Below, one piece after another: positions 28,274-47,646 of a stretch of 64,000 nt of DNA. A program made the position numbers and the translations under genes. The notes under the pieces were generated by a model. The model did no database searches, had not been told where the DNA came from, and saw only the letters and a program-made list of their open reading frames with translations. Positions within the stretch are counted from its first letter, which is position 1. Every line of letters begins with the position of its first letter. Source of the DNA: the human T2T-CHM13v2.0 reference genome, Homo sapiens. The DNA is taken from NCBI RefSeq assembly GCF_009914755.1, contig NC_060925.1. One strand, 5' to 3'.

Positions 28274-28596
<323 letters not shown>

Positions 28597-28932
28597 CTAT
28601 CTAATCCAATTAATGCTGGAATTGGGAACAGCAGAAGTGTCATCTCAGAGCTACTCACAATGAAAGGTGATGTCTGGTGCTCAGGTGTGTTGAGGTCCCC
28701 ATGCCTGGACTATGGGTGCTGAGTGGGATTTACTTGTCCATCCATTTTCTATATTCCAGCACTGGGAAACTAGGGTTTATCCATCTTGATAAGATGTCAT
28801 TTAAATTCCACTTCGCAAGAACCACAAATGGAAGAAAGGCCATGAAACCGCAGGACAGTACTTGTTCTCAAGGGAATCTTCAGCTTAGGTGGCTCTGTAA
28901 AAGAGAAATTACATTGTTGAAAAATCGTCGCA

Positions 28933-29212
<280 letters not shown>

Positions 29213-29213
29213 G

Positions 29214-29220
29214 ACACACA

Positions 29221-29263
<43 letters not shown>
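29214..29263. repeat. (CA)n microsatellite
   Basis: About 24 CA units with one interruption, replacing the Alu tail. Confidence 0.95.
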
Positions 29264-29265
<2 letters not shown>

Positions 29266-29587
29266 CCAATCTCAGTCTGTCCAGCCTTGACTAATCAAAA
29301 GGGCCTTCTGGTTACAGAAGAGGTATGCTCTTTTGTAGGACAGGGAGAGACCAGCAAGCTTGTTCACAGACTTTTCCTCATCCTCTGCTTAGTTTTCCAA
29401 GAACCCTCACAGTGGAAATGGAGTCTCTGGGAAAATGACCTAAATCTTTGGGTTACCAGGGGAGAAATATGACTCCTTTGTCAATTAATAAATGGAACAT
29501 CTGTCTTAAAATCCAGGGAGTTCTGCTAGAATGAATCACTCCCTAAGACCCTGACCAATGCATGGAACATGAAAAACTGAAGTTTAA

Positions 29588-29812
<225 letters not shown>

Positions 29813-32337
29813 ACTTCTAGAAGAATTTCCATTAGCCCTTTGAAATCCTTCAACATTCATGAAGGCCAAAGAGTTTTCACCTAATTTAATCTGATGGGTA
29901 TGTGACCAGAGTCTTTCTAGGGAATAGAGACTCCCAAACAGTTCAACTGGGAAGTGAGGAGAGAATTTATTACTCAAAATCAAAGGGAAATGAAAAGAGG
30001 CCAACATAGAATGTCATTATTCTTTCTTGGCGGGGAATGGATTCCAGAATCATTCTGTGACCTTTACATGACCTCCTTATTAGCATCTAAAAGCTTCCAG
30101 TGTAGGATGCAGCCAGCTAGGTTCTCTTCTAATGTAATAAAATTTGCTTCGGCAAATCTTATGCAGAGCCATCTCCAGGCTCCAGAAACAATAAGCTATA
30201 AATTACTGGATCTCCAATTTGATACAATGAAGTATGAGCACGGTCCTGAATGACTCCTCTACATACTACTCTGGGTGGCTTGAAGTGAATTTGATACAAG
30301 AACTGGAGCGAGCGCAAAGCAGAGCTAGATCTAGGATTAATGTGCTTGGGACCAGCTCCTCACTACTCACCTATGAGTCTAGTTCCAGAACCCAAGTAGA
30401 AGATGGGGGAACAAGGCTCCTGACTTTTTTTCCCTAATGTCTGCATCTCTTTCACATTTCTTATCTCCTTGCAAAGAAACTAAACAGGCTCAACTAACTA
30501 AATGATTAAACCCTATACAGAGAATCTCCAAAGACTGACAAAATATCATTCAAGACTGTTACACAGACAACCTTGAGGATGACTTGATGTACCAGTGATC
30601 TACAATATTTGGGATCATTCCAAATTCCCATCAAGGATCTCCCTATATCAACAAAGGAGCCAAGGACCAACCATTCAAATGGGCCCTGCTGCCAAGCCTT
30701 TTTTTTTTTTTTACAATGCCATCTCTTCATATTGTTCCATTTAACAAAACTGCAGCCCTTCATCTATCCTTAAGTCCCTTGGCCAATGGTACAGAGCCAG
30801 AGTATGCTACCCCCAGCAGGAAATCAACAGGATGACCTACTAAACACCATTCAGAAGATGCTAAGACCCATGAATTGCAACAGGAAAGAAAAGACAGAGA
30901 ATTAGTCAGACAGGTACATGCTGTGCCAAAAATGCACTACAGCCCCCACCCAATTCTGCCTAATCCTAGCTGGGCTGACACCAACCTGATGAGACAGGCC
31001 TATAAGATCTCAAACTAAAACAGAAACTCCTGAACTGGGTTCTTTCGAGCCCAGGAAGCAGCAGTAAATCATTAAAGAACAGATAAGTTCTTAAGGTGAG
31101 GGAGAATTTCAGATAAATGGAATGCTGGTAGAACACAGGGCCCAAAGGAGCAAAAGTTAACCTAAGCCCAGGTAGAACCTTGTTTACTAGAGTATTAGGC
31201 ATGGGTTTGGGCAACTATTCTAACCAGAGAAACTGGCTTCAGTGAGGGCAAGTTGGCAATCCAAGGTATAGCATGCATAGGGCTGGCAAAATTCAGGGTG
31301 ACTGAAGCAAAAGCTTCAGAACCAGAAAGACCACATCTGGGGGTAGAGCACAGAACTCTCAAGAGATGAATCTTTTTAAGAGTGAGGCAGAACTATATAG
31401 CAGTTTTAGGAGATCTGTTGGTGCCCAGCAAAAGCTCCAAACGGGCTATATGCAGGGATGCAGGCTGTAGTCTCAGGAGAGGAGGTTCACAAAAGTCATT
31501 CAGTCCAAGACCTCAAACTGTGTTCTCTACTAAAAGGAATCAAGGTTCCCTAGAGAAATGGCTGACTCCATGTATGGTGCAGTATATTGATCCTGGAACA
31601 TCTGTTTTGCCAGAAAGCAAGGAAGCCATCAAAGTCCAACAGGATCACGTCAAAAAGACATGAAAGTCAACTTGAAGAGATAATTATTAACCTAGATGAG
31701 ACAATGTAAGCATCCAAAACAATAAAGACTGCAATGGCCTGAAATACATCAAATGCAAACAATAATCTATGAGTTCATAATGGTATTCAGAAGAAAAAAC
31801 TACTGGTCATTAGAGGGAAGGTTACTAGGTCACTAACTTACTACTCTGAAAAGTGACTTAAGATGAGAGGTAGGGTGGAGAACTAGCTATTTATTCAGTC
31901 TTTCCTGTACAAACATAAATTTTTAGGGAGATTGAAGCAGACGAAACAAATCTGGAAAAATGGAGGTAACTGCTTAATCTGCGGGTTGGGTGCATGGAGG
32001 TTCAACATATTTCTTTTGTGTATATTTGAACCCCCTACAAAAAAAGCACAAGACAGAATGCGAGCCAAGCAGCTTAGGGTTTAGGCAAGGCTTCTGTCTA
32101 CAAGAGACACTAGGATATGAGGGGTAGTTTTAGCCCTAATGGGCTGAGCCAACTGGAGGTATATAGGGAAGTGCTAAATTGCAGAGGTATCATGTTGCCC
32201 AGCACTTGATCAAATCCTAGATCCTAGGTCTGCTTGGTAGCATGCTTCCTAGGTAGTGGATCTGAGGCTACCTATAGAACTTCCTTTGCAGTCATAATTC
32301 GCTCAGAAACTACAAAAGTGCTTGCTCTTGAAAATGG

Positions 32338-32961
32338 AGTCTTTGTCCATTTCATGCTTCAATAAAAGAATACCACAGACTGCATAATTTATAAAAAGGA
32401 AAAAAGGAAGGAAAGAAAAAAGGAAGGAAGGAGGGAAGGAGGGAAAAAGGGAAGGAGGGAAGGAAAGGATGGGAAAGAAGGAAAGGAAGGAAGGGAAAGA
32501 GAGAAAGAGGGAAGGAGGAAGGGAGGGAAGGAGGAAGGGAGGGAAGGAGGGAGGGAGGGAAGGAGGGAGGGAGGGAGAGAGAGAGGGAGGGAGGGGAAGG
32601 GAAGAAAAGGGAGGAGAAGGGAAAGGAGGAAGAAAAGGAAAGGAAAGGAATAAATTTTATTTCTTAACAGTTCTGGATGTTAGGAAGTCCAAGGTTGAGG
32701 GGCCTGCATCTGGTAAGGGTCTTCTTGCCGCATCATCCCACTACAGAAGGCAGAAGGAAAAGAGAGTGCAAGAAAGCAAGAGGGCAAAAGGGGCTGAACT
32801 CTGTTTTATAATAAGCCCACTCTGTGATTACTAATCTATTACCACAATAACAACATTAACTCATTCATGAAGGCTATTTTATTAGGCCCCACATCCCAAC
32901 TGTTGCATTGAGGATTGAGTTTCCAGCACATAAACTTTGGGGGACACATTTAAACCATAGC
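32338..32961 (-). mobile_element. MST/MLT1A-type MaLR LTR with an internal purine expansion
   Basis: ataccacagact...aagtccaag...gggggacacatttaaaccatagca (reverse complement of a MaLR 5' end). Confidence 0.72.
32395..32650. repeat. Polypurine (GGAA/GGGA/GA) low-complexity tract
   Basis: About 255 bp almost entirely A/G. Confidence 0.95.
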
Positions 32962-33997
32962 AGAGCACTTAGGTTAATTCAACTAAGAGGAGCTGGGAAA
33001 ATCAAAGGCATGAGAAAGACAGCAAAAGCTAGCAGAGAGAAATGCATAGGTTAAGGAAAAAAGTCACAGTGAATCCTGTAGTGCAGGCTACTTTATCAAA
33101 AGCACCTAAAAAAGATCTCATTAACTCCCCCAGCTCACCTCCACCCACATCTAAAGAGCCACACACAGCACCACCAAAGGCAGCACAATGAGAACAGCAT
33201 TCTCCTCAACAGACAAGCTGGGAGTATCTAGACACCTGACCTCAATAGCTCCAGAACAGCCCTAAAACAGTTCCGCCCTAACCACCACTCAAGTCACCAG
33301 CTTGGAAAGTATTAAGAAAACCCAAATCCTGACACACCACTATGAAACAACTTAAAACAGCAAAGAACAACCCATTTAAACAGCAATGCCAGCTGTTGGG
33401 AAAAAAAGGAACAATGAGTAGAGGAGAAACAGACCTCTCGGGGTCCACCAAGACCCAGTCTCTCAGCTTCAGCACTTTTAAATGCAGAATCCATACCCCT
33501 CTGGGGCCTGTGGAGCTCCACAAGGCATGTCGTCCTCAAAGATAAATGAGCAGGCAAGCTGGCTAGAAAACCACTAAGGGTATTATTCTTTAAAGAATCT
33601 TTATAGGGTCAAAGAGGAATGGGTCTTAACTGGCTATGTGAACTCCCCACAGATTCTGAGGATGATGTCAGTATCCCTTTCCAGATGTGTTTAACACTTT
33701 GCAGTCACTTGTATTCCTGCCACTGAGTGCCAGTGCTTTGCTAATTTGAACTGATTCCAGCTCACGCTGACCCCAGCTCCCTGGATGTTACCATTAGCCA
33801 AGACTGTCACCCATACTGTACCCTTTCAAAGAGTCCTAAAAACAGCTCTTCACCTACTCTTCCAAGACAAGTAAAAATGTCTTCCAAAGAAATGGGGAAA
33901 AAAGATTCAGAGAGTGAAAACAATTAATATACTAACAAGAGAGCAAAAAGCAAAGGGGGAGGAGAAACTAGGAAAATCATAGATGGGCTCTCACCTA

Positions 33998-34405
<408 letters not shown>

Positions 34406-34608
34406 ACCATAAAATAACTCAGACTTAATTAAATACAACCCTAGTGGTGAGTGACTAAAGATGGATTACTCATAACAGAGATAACAGTCCAATAAGAATC
34501 CAGGAATCTTACCTTTTAATAACAAAAAAATCCTTTCCTTCGAAAGTAACATCCTCTCAAGGCCAGGAATTCCATTAGTAGAAAGCCTTCCTAAAAAACA
34601 AAATTCCT

Positions 34609-35071
<463 letters not shown>

Positions 35072-35269
35072 TTAAACGCAGTATATAGAAAAGAATAATT
35101 ATTGAATCTGTACTGGTCTTTAACTTTTACATTTTGATCTTTAATTCTGTTATTGTGATTGAGTCCAAAGAAAAATAGTATGAGTAAAATAAAAAGAACA
35201 CCAAAAATGCTAATATTCTGTTTACCAAAGTCTGTAGTGAAATATCCCATTAAATCCAAGTGCAGTGAC

Positions 35270-38200
35270 ACACCCATAATCCCAAGCACTTTGGGAGGCT
35301 GAGGCGGGTGAATCTCCTGAAGTCAGGAGTTCAAGGCCAGCCTGGCCAACATGGTGAAACCCCAACTCTACTACAAATACAAAAATTAGGCAGGCGTGGT
35401 GGCAGAGGCCTGTAATCCCAGCTACTTAGGAGGCTGAGGCAGGGAGAATTGCTTGAACCCAGGAGGTGAGCTTGCCATGAGCTGAGATCATACCACTGCA
35501 CTCCAGCGTGGGTGACAGAACAAAATTTCAACCTCCAAAAAAAAAAAAAAAAAAAAAACAGCTAGCAGGTGACATTTGCTATGGGGAGACTAGGGATATG
35601 ATCTTGCTGCAATCCTTCCATTTTAGTAAATCTAAACAGTGTGAATCCATTCTGTTTTGTCCCCACTCCACTCCAGAGCCAAAACAAGAAAATCAATTAT
35701 ATTTCTAGTTCTTTAAAAACATATCTAACTAAATCATCTAATTAAAAGATAATATGCATGGTTCCATACTCTAAAAGAAAACTTATGTCCTGCATATCAT
35801 GGACATTTGATGAATGCTTATTCAGTTGACTGGTGTAGACTTCAATAATAACCTGTTCAAATGCATTATGCCAGATGAATCTTGCATCTCAAAAGTAGAA
35901 CAAATATTGTTCTTTCAGTTTTGTCTACCCATAAATGCAATATTTACTAATAAAAAGAAAATGAGTTTATTGTTCTAGAGAGTATGAGAATTTTGACAAC
36001 ATGAATTCTCCTGTCCTAGGACATAATTAATACTTAGAGGCATACTATTTCATGTGGAAGCTACCATTAAATCAATGTTAAGTGTTAATTACCTCACATA
36101 ATCTTCTAATCTGACTTAAGACTGAAGACGTACCTCACAAAGTTGATTTATCAAGTTGTAAATCTTCACCTGTTGAATTCATAAGTTCATGTCTGAAAGG
36201 TGAGAATAAATACTTAATATTCACTAGGCAATATTCAGCAAAGTAATATCCACTAGTACATATTTAATATTTCATCATGAACTGTGGGTGTGAAGAGAAA
36301 AGACAGGCTGGGCACAGTGGCTCATACCTGTAATCCCAGCAGTTTGGGAGGCCGAGGCAGGCAGATCATGAGGTCAGGAGTTCAAGACCAGCCTGGCCAA
36401 CATGGTAAAACCCCGTCTGTACTAAAAGTACAATAATTAGCTGGGCATGGTGGCAGGCACCTGTAATCCCAGGTACTCGGGAGGCTGAGGCAGGAGAATT
36501 GCCTGAACCCAGGAGGTGGAGGTTGCAGAAACCATTATCACGCCACTGCATTCCAGCCTGGGCAAGAGAGCAAGATTCTGTCTCAATCAATCAATCAATA
36601 AAAATATAAGGAGGAAGCATTTACTGTGTATTTATACGTCTGGTATTATGTGAAGCACTTTACTATCTTATCAAATCTTCGGGACAGATCTTCAGTTCTC
36701 ATGACCACAAAAGAGGACAATAAAGCTCAGACAGGAGAAGAGACGTGGCCAGCCTGTGTCCCCAGGGCCTATGGTCTTACCACTAGGTTACAGTGTTTCC
36801 AGATATCACATGTTGTGAGATTTTTGCTTTAAAATGAACCAAAAAAAAACAAAAGGTGAAAAAGGCATAAGCTATTAAAAAGTGGGAGAAACACTAAGAG
36901 AACCTTAAGCATGTAACTAAAAATATTATGGAAATGTTATTGAATTCATTAGCAAATTTAGTGCTAGGTTTTCATTGAGGAGTAGGTTATATTACTCATG
37001 ATGAAGAAAAATGTTCATTTTAAGTATATTAACATAAATACCATCAATATTGTTTATCATGTCTAAATGTTCACTTAAAGCAATTCAGTTAAAATTCTGC
37101 ATATCATACAATTTTATAGTTTGCTAGTAGGTTACAAGTAAACAGTCACCCAAATAAAAACATCATGTTTTCCACTGGTTGTTGCTCTTTTTTAGGTGAG
37201 TATTTGATGTATACCAACAGAGAGAGGATAATAACAAATCGCTAATTTCTTTCATCACTATATAAAGGTGGCTTCAGGATAGAATAGTATCAGGGCAATG
37301 ATGAATTTGAAATCTAACATCAATTCAGTGATGCATCAAGATAAAAGTAGAGACAACAGGGGCACCTTGGTGTGTACTGAACATTTTACTTATTTATTTA
37401 TTTTGAGATGGAGTTTTGCTCTTTTTGCCCAGGCTAGAGTGCAATGGTGCCAACCTCGCCTCACTGCAACCTCTGCCTCCTGGGTTCAAGCGATTCTCCT
37501 GCCTTGGCCTCCCGAATAGCTGCGATTACAGACATGCGCCACCACACCCGTCTAATTTTGTATTTTTAGTAGAGACAGGGTTTCTCCATGTTGGTCAGGC
37601 TGGTCTCGAACTCCCGACCTAGATATCTGCCTGCCTTGGCCTCCCAAAGTGCTGGGATTACAGGTGTGAGCCACCGCGCCCAGATGGATTCCAAATTTAA
37701 CAAAGCAGACTAAGAGAAACAATTCATTTAAAAAAATAATATTTGGCCAGGCATGGCAGCTCACACCTGTAATCCCAGCACTTTGGGAGGCTGAGGTGAG
37801 TGGATCAGGAGGTCAGCAGTTCAAGACCAGCCTAGCCAAGATCATGAAACCCCGTCTCTACTAAAAATACAAGGGCTGGTGCCTGTAATCCTAGCTGCTC
37901 AGGAGGCTGAGGCAGAGAACTGCTTGAACCCGGGAGGCGGAGGTTGCAGTGAGCCGAGATCGTGCCACTGCACTCCAGCCTGGGCAACAGAGTGAGGCTC
38001 CGTCTCAAAAAAAATAAATAAATAATTCAGTGAAATTCCTAAGATCCAGGGCTTTGCAATAAATACGTAAATAAATTTCCAATCTCCATACTGAAAGTTT
38101 AGAAGAAATGCTAACTAAAGAAATACAACTTTTCCTCAGCTTTGCAGCAATCTAGAAACAAAGTGTGTAGACACTACAAAGCACCTTACAAGGAGAAACG

Positions 38201-39015
38201 TGTAAGGATGGCATGACTCGCCGGCAGCCCTGGGCTTGTCCACGGTACCCCCATGATGAACAGTAACTCCATTGTGTAAACGCCCATGAACATAAGATTA
38301 CAGGACTTTTCCAGTTTAGACATACCATATTTTCTTTCAGACAATTCTTCAGTTTGTTTACGTAGATCAGCGATACGATGATTCCATTTCTCTGAAAATC
38401 AAGCAAAAGTTGCTTCTCAATAATACGTCCCTATGTCAGAGCAGCACTAACGTATAATGACTGATTTCATATATTTTACATTCTAACAGTCCATATCATT
38501 TTACTGCTTTCAAGAAAAAATTTCCCCTTTTTGGTGGTTCTTAGAATTGGTTTAATGGGAGACTATTAGAGAAGCTGAAAAGCAGGAGGGCAGAAAAGTT
38601 CAATCAAATTAAACACAATAAAAGGGAGGTCACAATGAGGCGGTCTCCAGGGGTCTTTTAGCAAACTTCCTGAAACATGTCTCAGCTGTGTGAAATAAGA
38701 CTTTACAGCAGCCGGGTGCAGTGGTGCAGGCCTGTAATCCCAGCACTTTGGCAGCAGAGGCAGGCGGATCGCTTTGAGCTCAGGGCAACATAGCCAAAAC
38801 CCCCCTCCCTAGCCCCACCCCCACCCCCTCCCTACCAAAAATACAAAACAGCAGGGCATGGTGGCGGGCGCCTGTAGTCCCAGCTACTCAGGAGGCTGAG
38901 GCAGGAGAATCACCTGAACCCAGGAGGCAGACATTGCAGTGAGCCAAGATCACGCCACTGCCAGCCTGGATGACAGAGCAAGACTCCACCTCAAAAAAAC
39001 AAAAACAAAAACACA
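35270..39015. mobile_element. Intronic Alus (35270-35557 +, 36306-36600 +, 37400-37682 -, 37745-38020 +, 38711-39015 +)
   Basis: Alu sequences read directly. Confidence 0.82.
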
Positions 39016-39664
39016 AACCTCAGAGCACCCCCAGGTATTCCAACCTAATCCTGGTGCCCCGCCTCTCACCACCCTTCTTCCTGTTTAACCTCAACCCCTA
39101 CACAAAGCCTGGGCCACTTAATGTGGCATCAAACAGATGCCTCAATAAATCAGTCTAATCTTGAAAAAAAAAAAAGACTTAACAGATATACAATTGCACG
39201 TTAGAATGCTAAAGACCATAAACATAGAACAACTTAAAGTACATATAAATTCAATATATATCCAATCGTTGTAACTATGACACAGTAGAATATTAAAATA
39301 CTATTTTCAAAACGTATACAAGCTTAATGTTCTATGTATTCAAACTATTTATTCAAAATACAAATCATCAACATAAATTGCCACTAATATTCAGTCCCTT
39401 CACAGGACACATGATTCACTGGGAGTTAATAAATTAGCAGCCGGCAGGCAGTGACACACAGCAAAAATGAAAACCAAAAGGTGAAATAGTTCTGAAATAA
39501 AGGTTTTAAAGCTAACAGAAATCACTGAATTACTAAGTCATTAGCACTAATTTTGAGCCAACTGACTAATTAATATGAGATGATACAATGTCCTATACTT
39601 TGGTAAATACAGACTATGTTTAAACAATGTCTGTAACGTGACTTGTAAAATGCTCCTGGCTTTA

Positions 39665-39880
<216 letters not shown>

Positions 39881-40423
39881 TTAGAAGGTGGGGAATAATC
39901 ATCATCTTGAAAAAGAAAAAATGGTCATTACTGAAGGAACCATCTTAGGTTACAGCCACCTCTGGGTCAATTCCCAACATTCAAAAGCTGAGCAGGGCTT
40001 TAAAGCTATCTTATTAATAATTATTTCTGTATTGCGAACTTCAGCATACTTTTTTCTAGTTACATTTGAAATGTTATTCTTTTGGGATGTGCTCAAGTGA
40101 ATACTGCTTTTTCCTCTGCCTTGCTTCATTACTTTTTAGTTTCCTTCATTTGAATCATCATTGTAAGTCTCCCCTTCTCCTCAAATAACTTTCAAATTGC
40201 TGCCAAGAACTATGTTCTATCTTAAGGCTTTTGAGAAAAAACTTTCAATGAAGATAGCCTCCTAAAGTTATACAAATATAGAAGAAACGGGATAAAATAA
40301 AGCTTAGATTGGAAAAAATATTTAAGATTATACAAAATTCACGCGTAAACAAGGGAAGCTGAGTAATTGTATGTTCAAATACTTTTAACAAGTGCAAAAC
40401 ATGTAGGCTTAAAGAAATAGAGC

Positions 40424-43905
<3,482 letters not shown>

Positions 43906-44129
43906 CCAGCCAGCCTCATGTTTTATTTAGCAGTCCCTCCCTGTTGCACACCTGGATAGTTTTTTTAATTTTTTTAGACAGGGTTTACCTCAATCTCGCA
44001 GGCTGGAATGCTGTGGTGGGATCATAGCTCACTGGAGCCTTGAACCTTTGGGTTCAAGTAGCTGGGGGGCTGAGGTAGGACTACAGAGATGGGGTTGCGC
44101 CATGTTGCTAGGCTGCTGCTCTTGGCCTG

Positions 44130-44930
44130 AAGGGTCCTCCCGCCTCGGCCGCGCCAGACATAGTTTTCTATTTTTGACCAACATAAACACTGTGCTGGGT
44201 CTGAATTTTTCAGCTACCCTTCTTCAGCCGGCAACACACAGGACCTGGCGGGGAGGTCGCTCTTACCAGTCCCCACTCTGACGAGAAAACTGCCCAGCTC
44301 CAGGCACCATAGCGCCCCAGTGACGCAGCCGAACACCCGCGCCTCTGACGTCGCCAAAGGCCCACCTCTATGGTGTCGGCGAAGACCCGCCCTTGTGACG
44401 TCACGGAAGGCGCGCTCTTGTGACGTCGCAGGGAACTACCACTCACGCAGAGCCAATCGGAACTCGCGGTGGGGCTGCTGGTTCTTCCAGGAGCGCGCAT
44501 GAGCGGACGCTGCCTACGGGTGGCCGGGCGGGATGTAACCGGCTGCTGAGCTGGCAGTTCTGTGTCGCTAGGCTTCTGCCCGGCCGCCGCCGCACATAAG
44601 CTGCGAGGAGGAGCTTTACGACTTCCCGGTCTTCGGGGCCGGGCGCAGCAAGGGCCAGACTCTGCGCTAGCAGGCGCTGCGCGCCAACCGGCCGGCACCT
44701 GTCGCAGAAGGTGCAACCGATCGCACTGTCGCGCAGAAGCTCCTCAATGGCCAGCGCCAGCTGCAGCCCCGGCCGCCCACTCGCCTCATCTGAGCCTGGG
44801 TACGTGCGCCCCACAACGCCTCCCCCAGCCAGGGCCCGGGGATCCCCGGGAGCGTCCCCGGCTACCTGGCGCCGCTCATCCTGGGTAGGGTCGGCCCCCT
44901 CTGAGGCTGCCTGGCATGAGGGAGCTGCAC
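44130..44930. promoter_or_regulatory. CpG island, probable bidirectional promoter
   Basis: High CpG density. Palindromic CRE GTGACGTCAC at 44395-44404 overlapping CGGAAG (ETS). Further TGACG sites at ~44279, 44321, 44346, 44421. ZNF143-like ggaactaccactc at ~44432; CCAAT at 44453-44457. Divergent donors: CTG|gtaaga (minus, exon end 44267) and TGG|gtacgt (plus, exon end 44799). Confidence 0.85.
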
Positions 44931-45045
44931 CCCTGAGCTTGACCTCTGACGGCCCTTTGTAATAGCATTAAGTCTTTGAAACTTTGTAGCGGGGTAGAAG
45001 GGGCTAGGAAATGAAGAAAACATCTTTTTAAAAATATAAGCAGTC

Positions 45046-46570
<1,525 letters not shown>

Positions 46571-47646
46571 TCAACATCATATGATCTGTACCAGGGTATA
46601 GGCAGGTGCTATGATCCCCACTTTTCATCCTCAACTCTAAGTTGAGTCATACATCAACCTCTAGTAAAAAGTGGCATGCTCTCAGTCAAAGGGGTAAGCC
46701 CAAACCACGCGGAGAGAATCTTATCTCTTTTGAGAGCTAATATAAAAAGAATTCCTCCTAGGCATAAAAATATTGTGACACCAGTTACTTAGGCTAAACA
46801 TGCCTATTATGCTAAGTGAGTTATTAACAATAAATACTTTAACTCTGTGCCATGTTAATTATCATAATCTGATTTATAATTTGTTTTAACCTTAGGTTAT
46901 ATATACCTTGAAGCCATTTATATTTTGGTATACTTGTAATAATTACTATACACCGGACTATGTATATTGGACTAAACACGGAGAGTCAAAAAAGAGTATG
47001 TGGTCAGAGTAGAAATCATGCCCTAGCTTCCTTCGTGTCTACCTCCTACCTTGAGTAGAAGTGGTAGAAAAAGTAATTACCTAAGATTTTTTGGATTCTG
47101 GTTTGTGGAGAAGCACCCTTATATTTAGGCTGATGGGCGGCAAAATTAGAAAGTATTTTTTGTGATTTAGAATTTTATACGGAGATGTTCATTGTGATTA
47201 ATTATTCTTTGTATTAGCAGATTTTTGCTTTTTATAGCTGTATGATTTCTTGTTTATTATTCATTCATTATTGTCTATTAATAAAGAAAAACTTTATTTC
47301 ACTGAAGCAGTGATATATAATCCAACTTGGATTTTTAAATAATGACTGACTTTTTTTCTTTGGGAATACATTACTGTTAAAAATGTAATTATTAGATACA
47401 TTACTTTTAATGAATATAAGTGGTATAATTAGAAGGCTGAAAAGAATCCTTGGAAATGTGAGTTTAATTTGATAGCTAAGAAACTGAGGACAAGTTACTT
47501 ATTCTTTGTAGCATATTTTCTAATGTCATTTCATTGTCTCACCAAGAAATACTTGCATAAAGCAAGTTCAATTACAGCATCTGTTGAATATTTAAGGTTG
47601 AGTAAAGTGGGTGAGTTTAACAGATATTTTCCCTTATTTCTTTTAG

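Noticed and set aside
32469-32834. 121-aa Gly/Glu/Arg/Lys-rich ORF
   Set aside because: Translation of the polypurine tract and LTR sequence.
29820-33900. Possible further minus-strand exons (e.g. acceptor near 33835)
   Set aside because: No recognisable protein homology; splice motifs alone are insufficient. The next GTF2I exon (VKEEWY..) was not found.
44210-44962. Overlapping unspliced ORFs in the CpG island (up to 168 aa)
   Set aside because: Expected in GC-rich DNA; no recognisable homology; several lack ATG starts.
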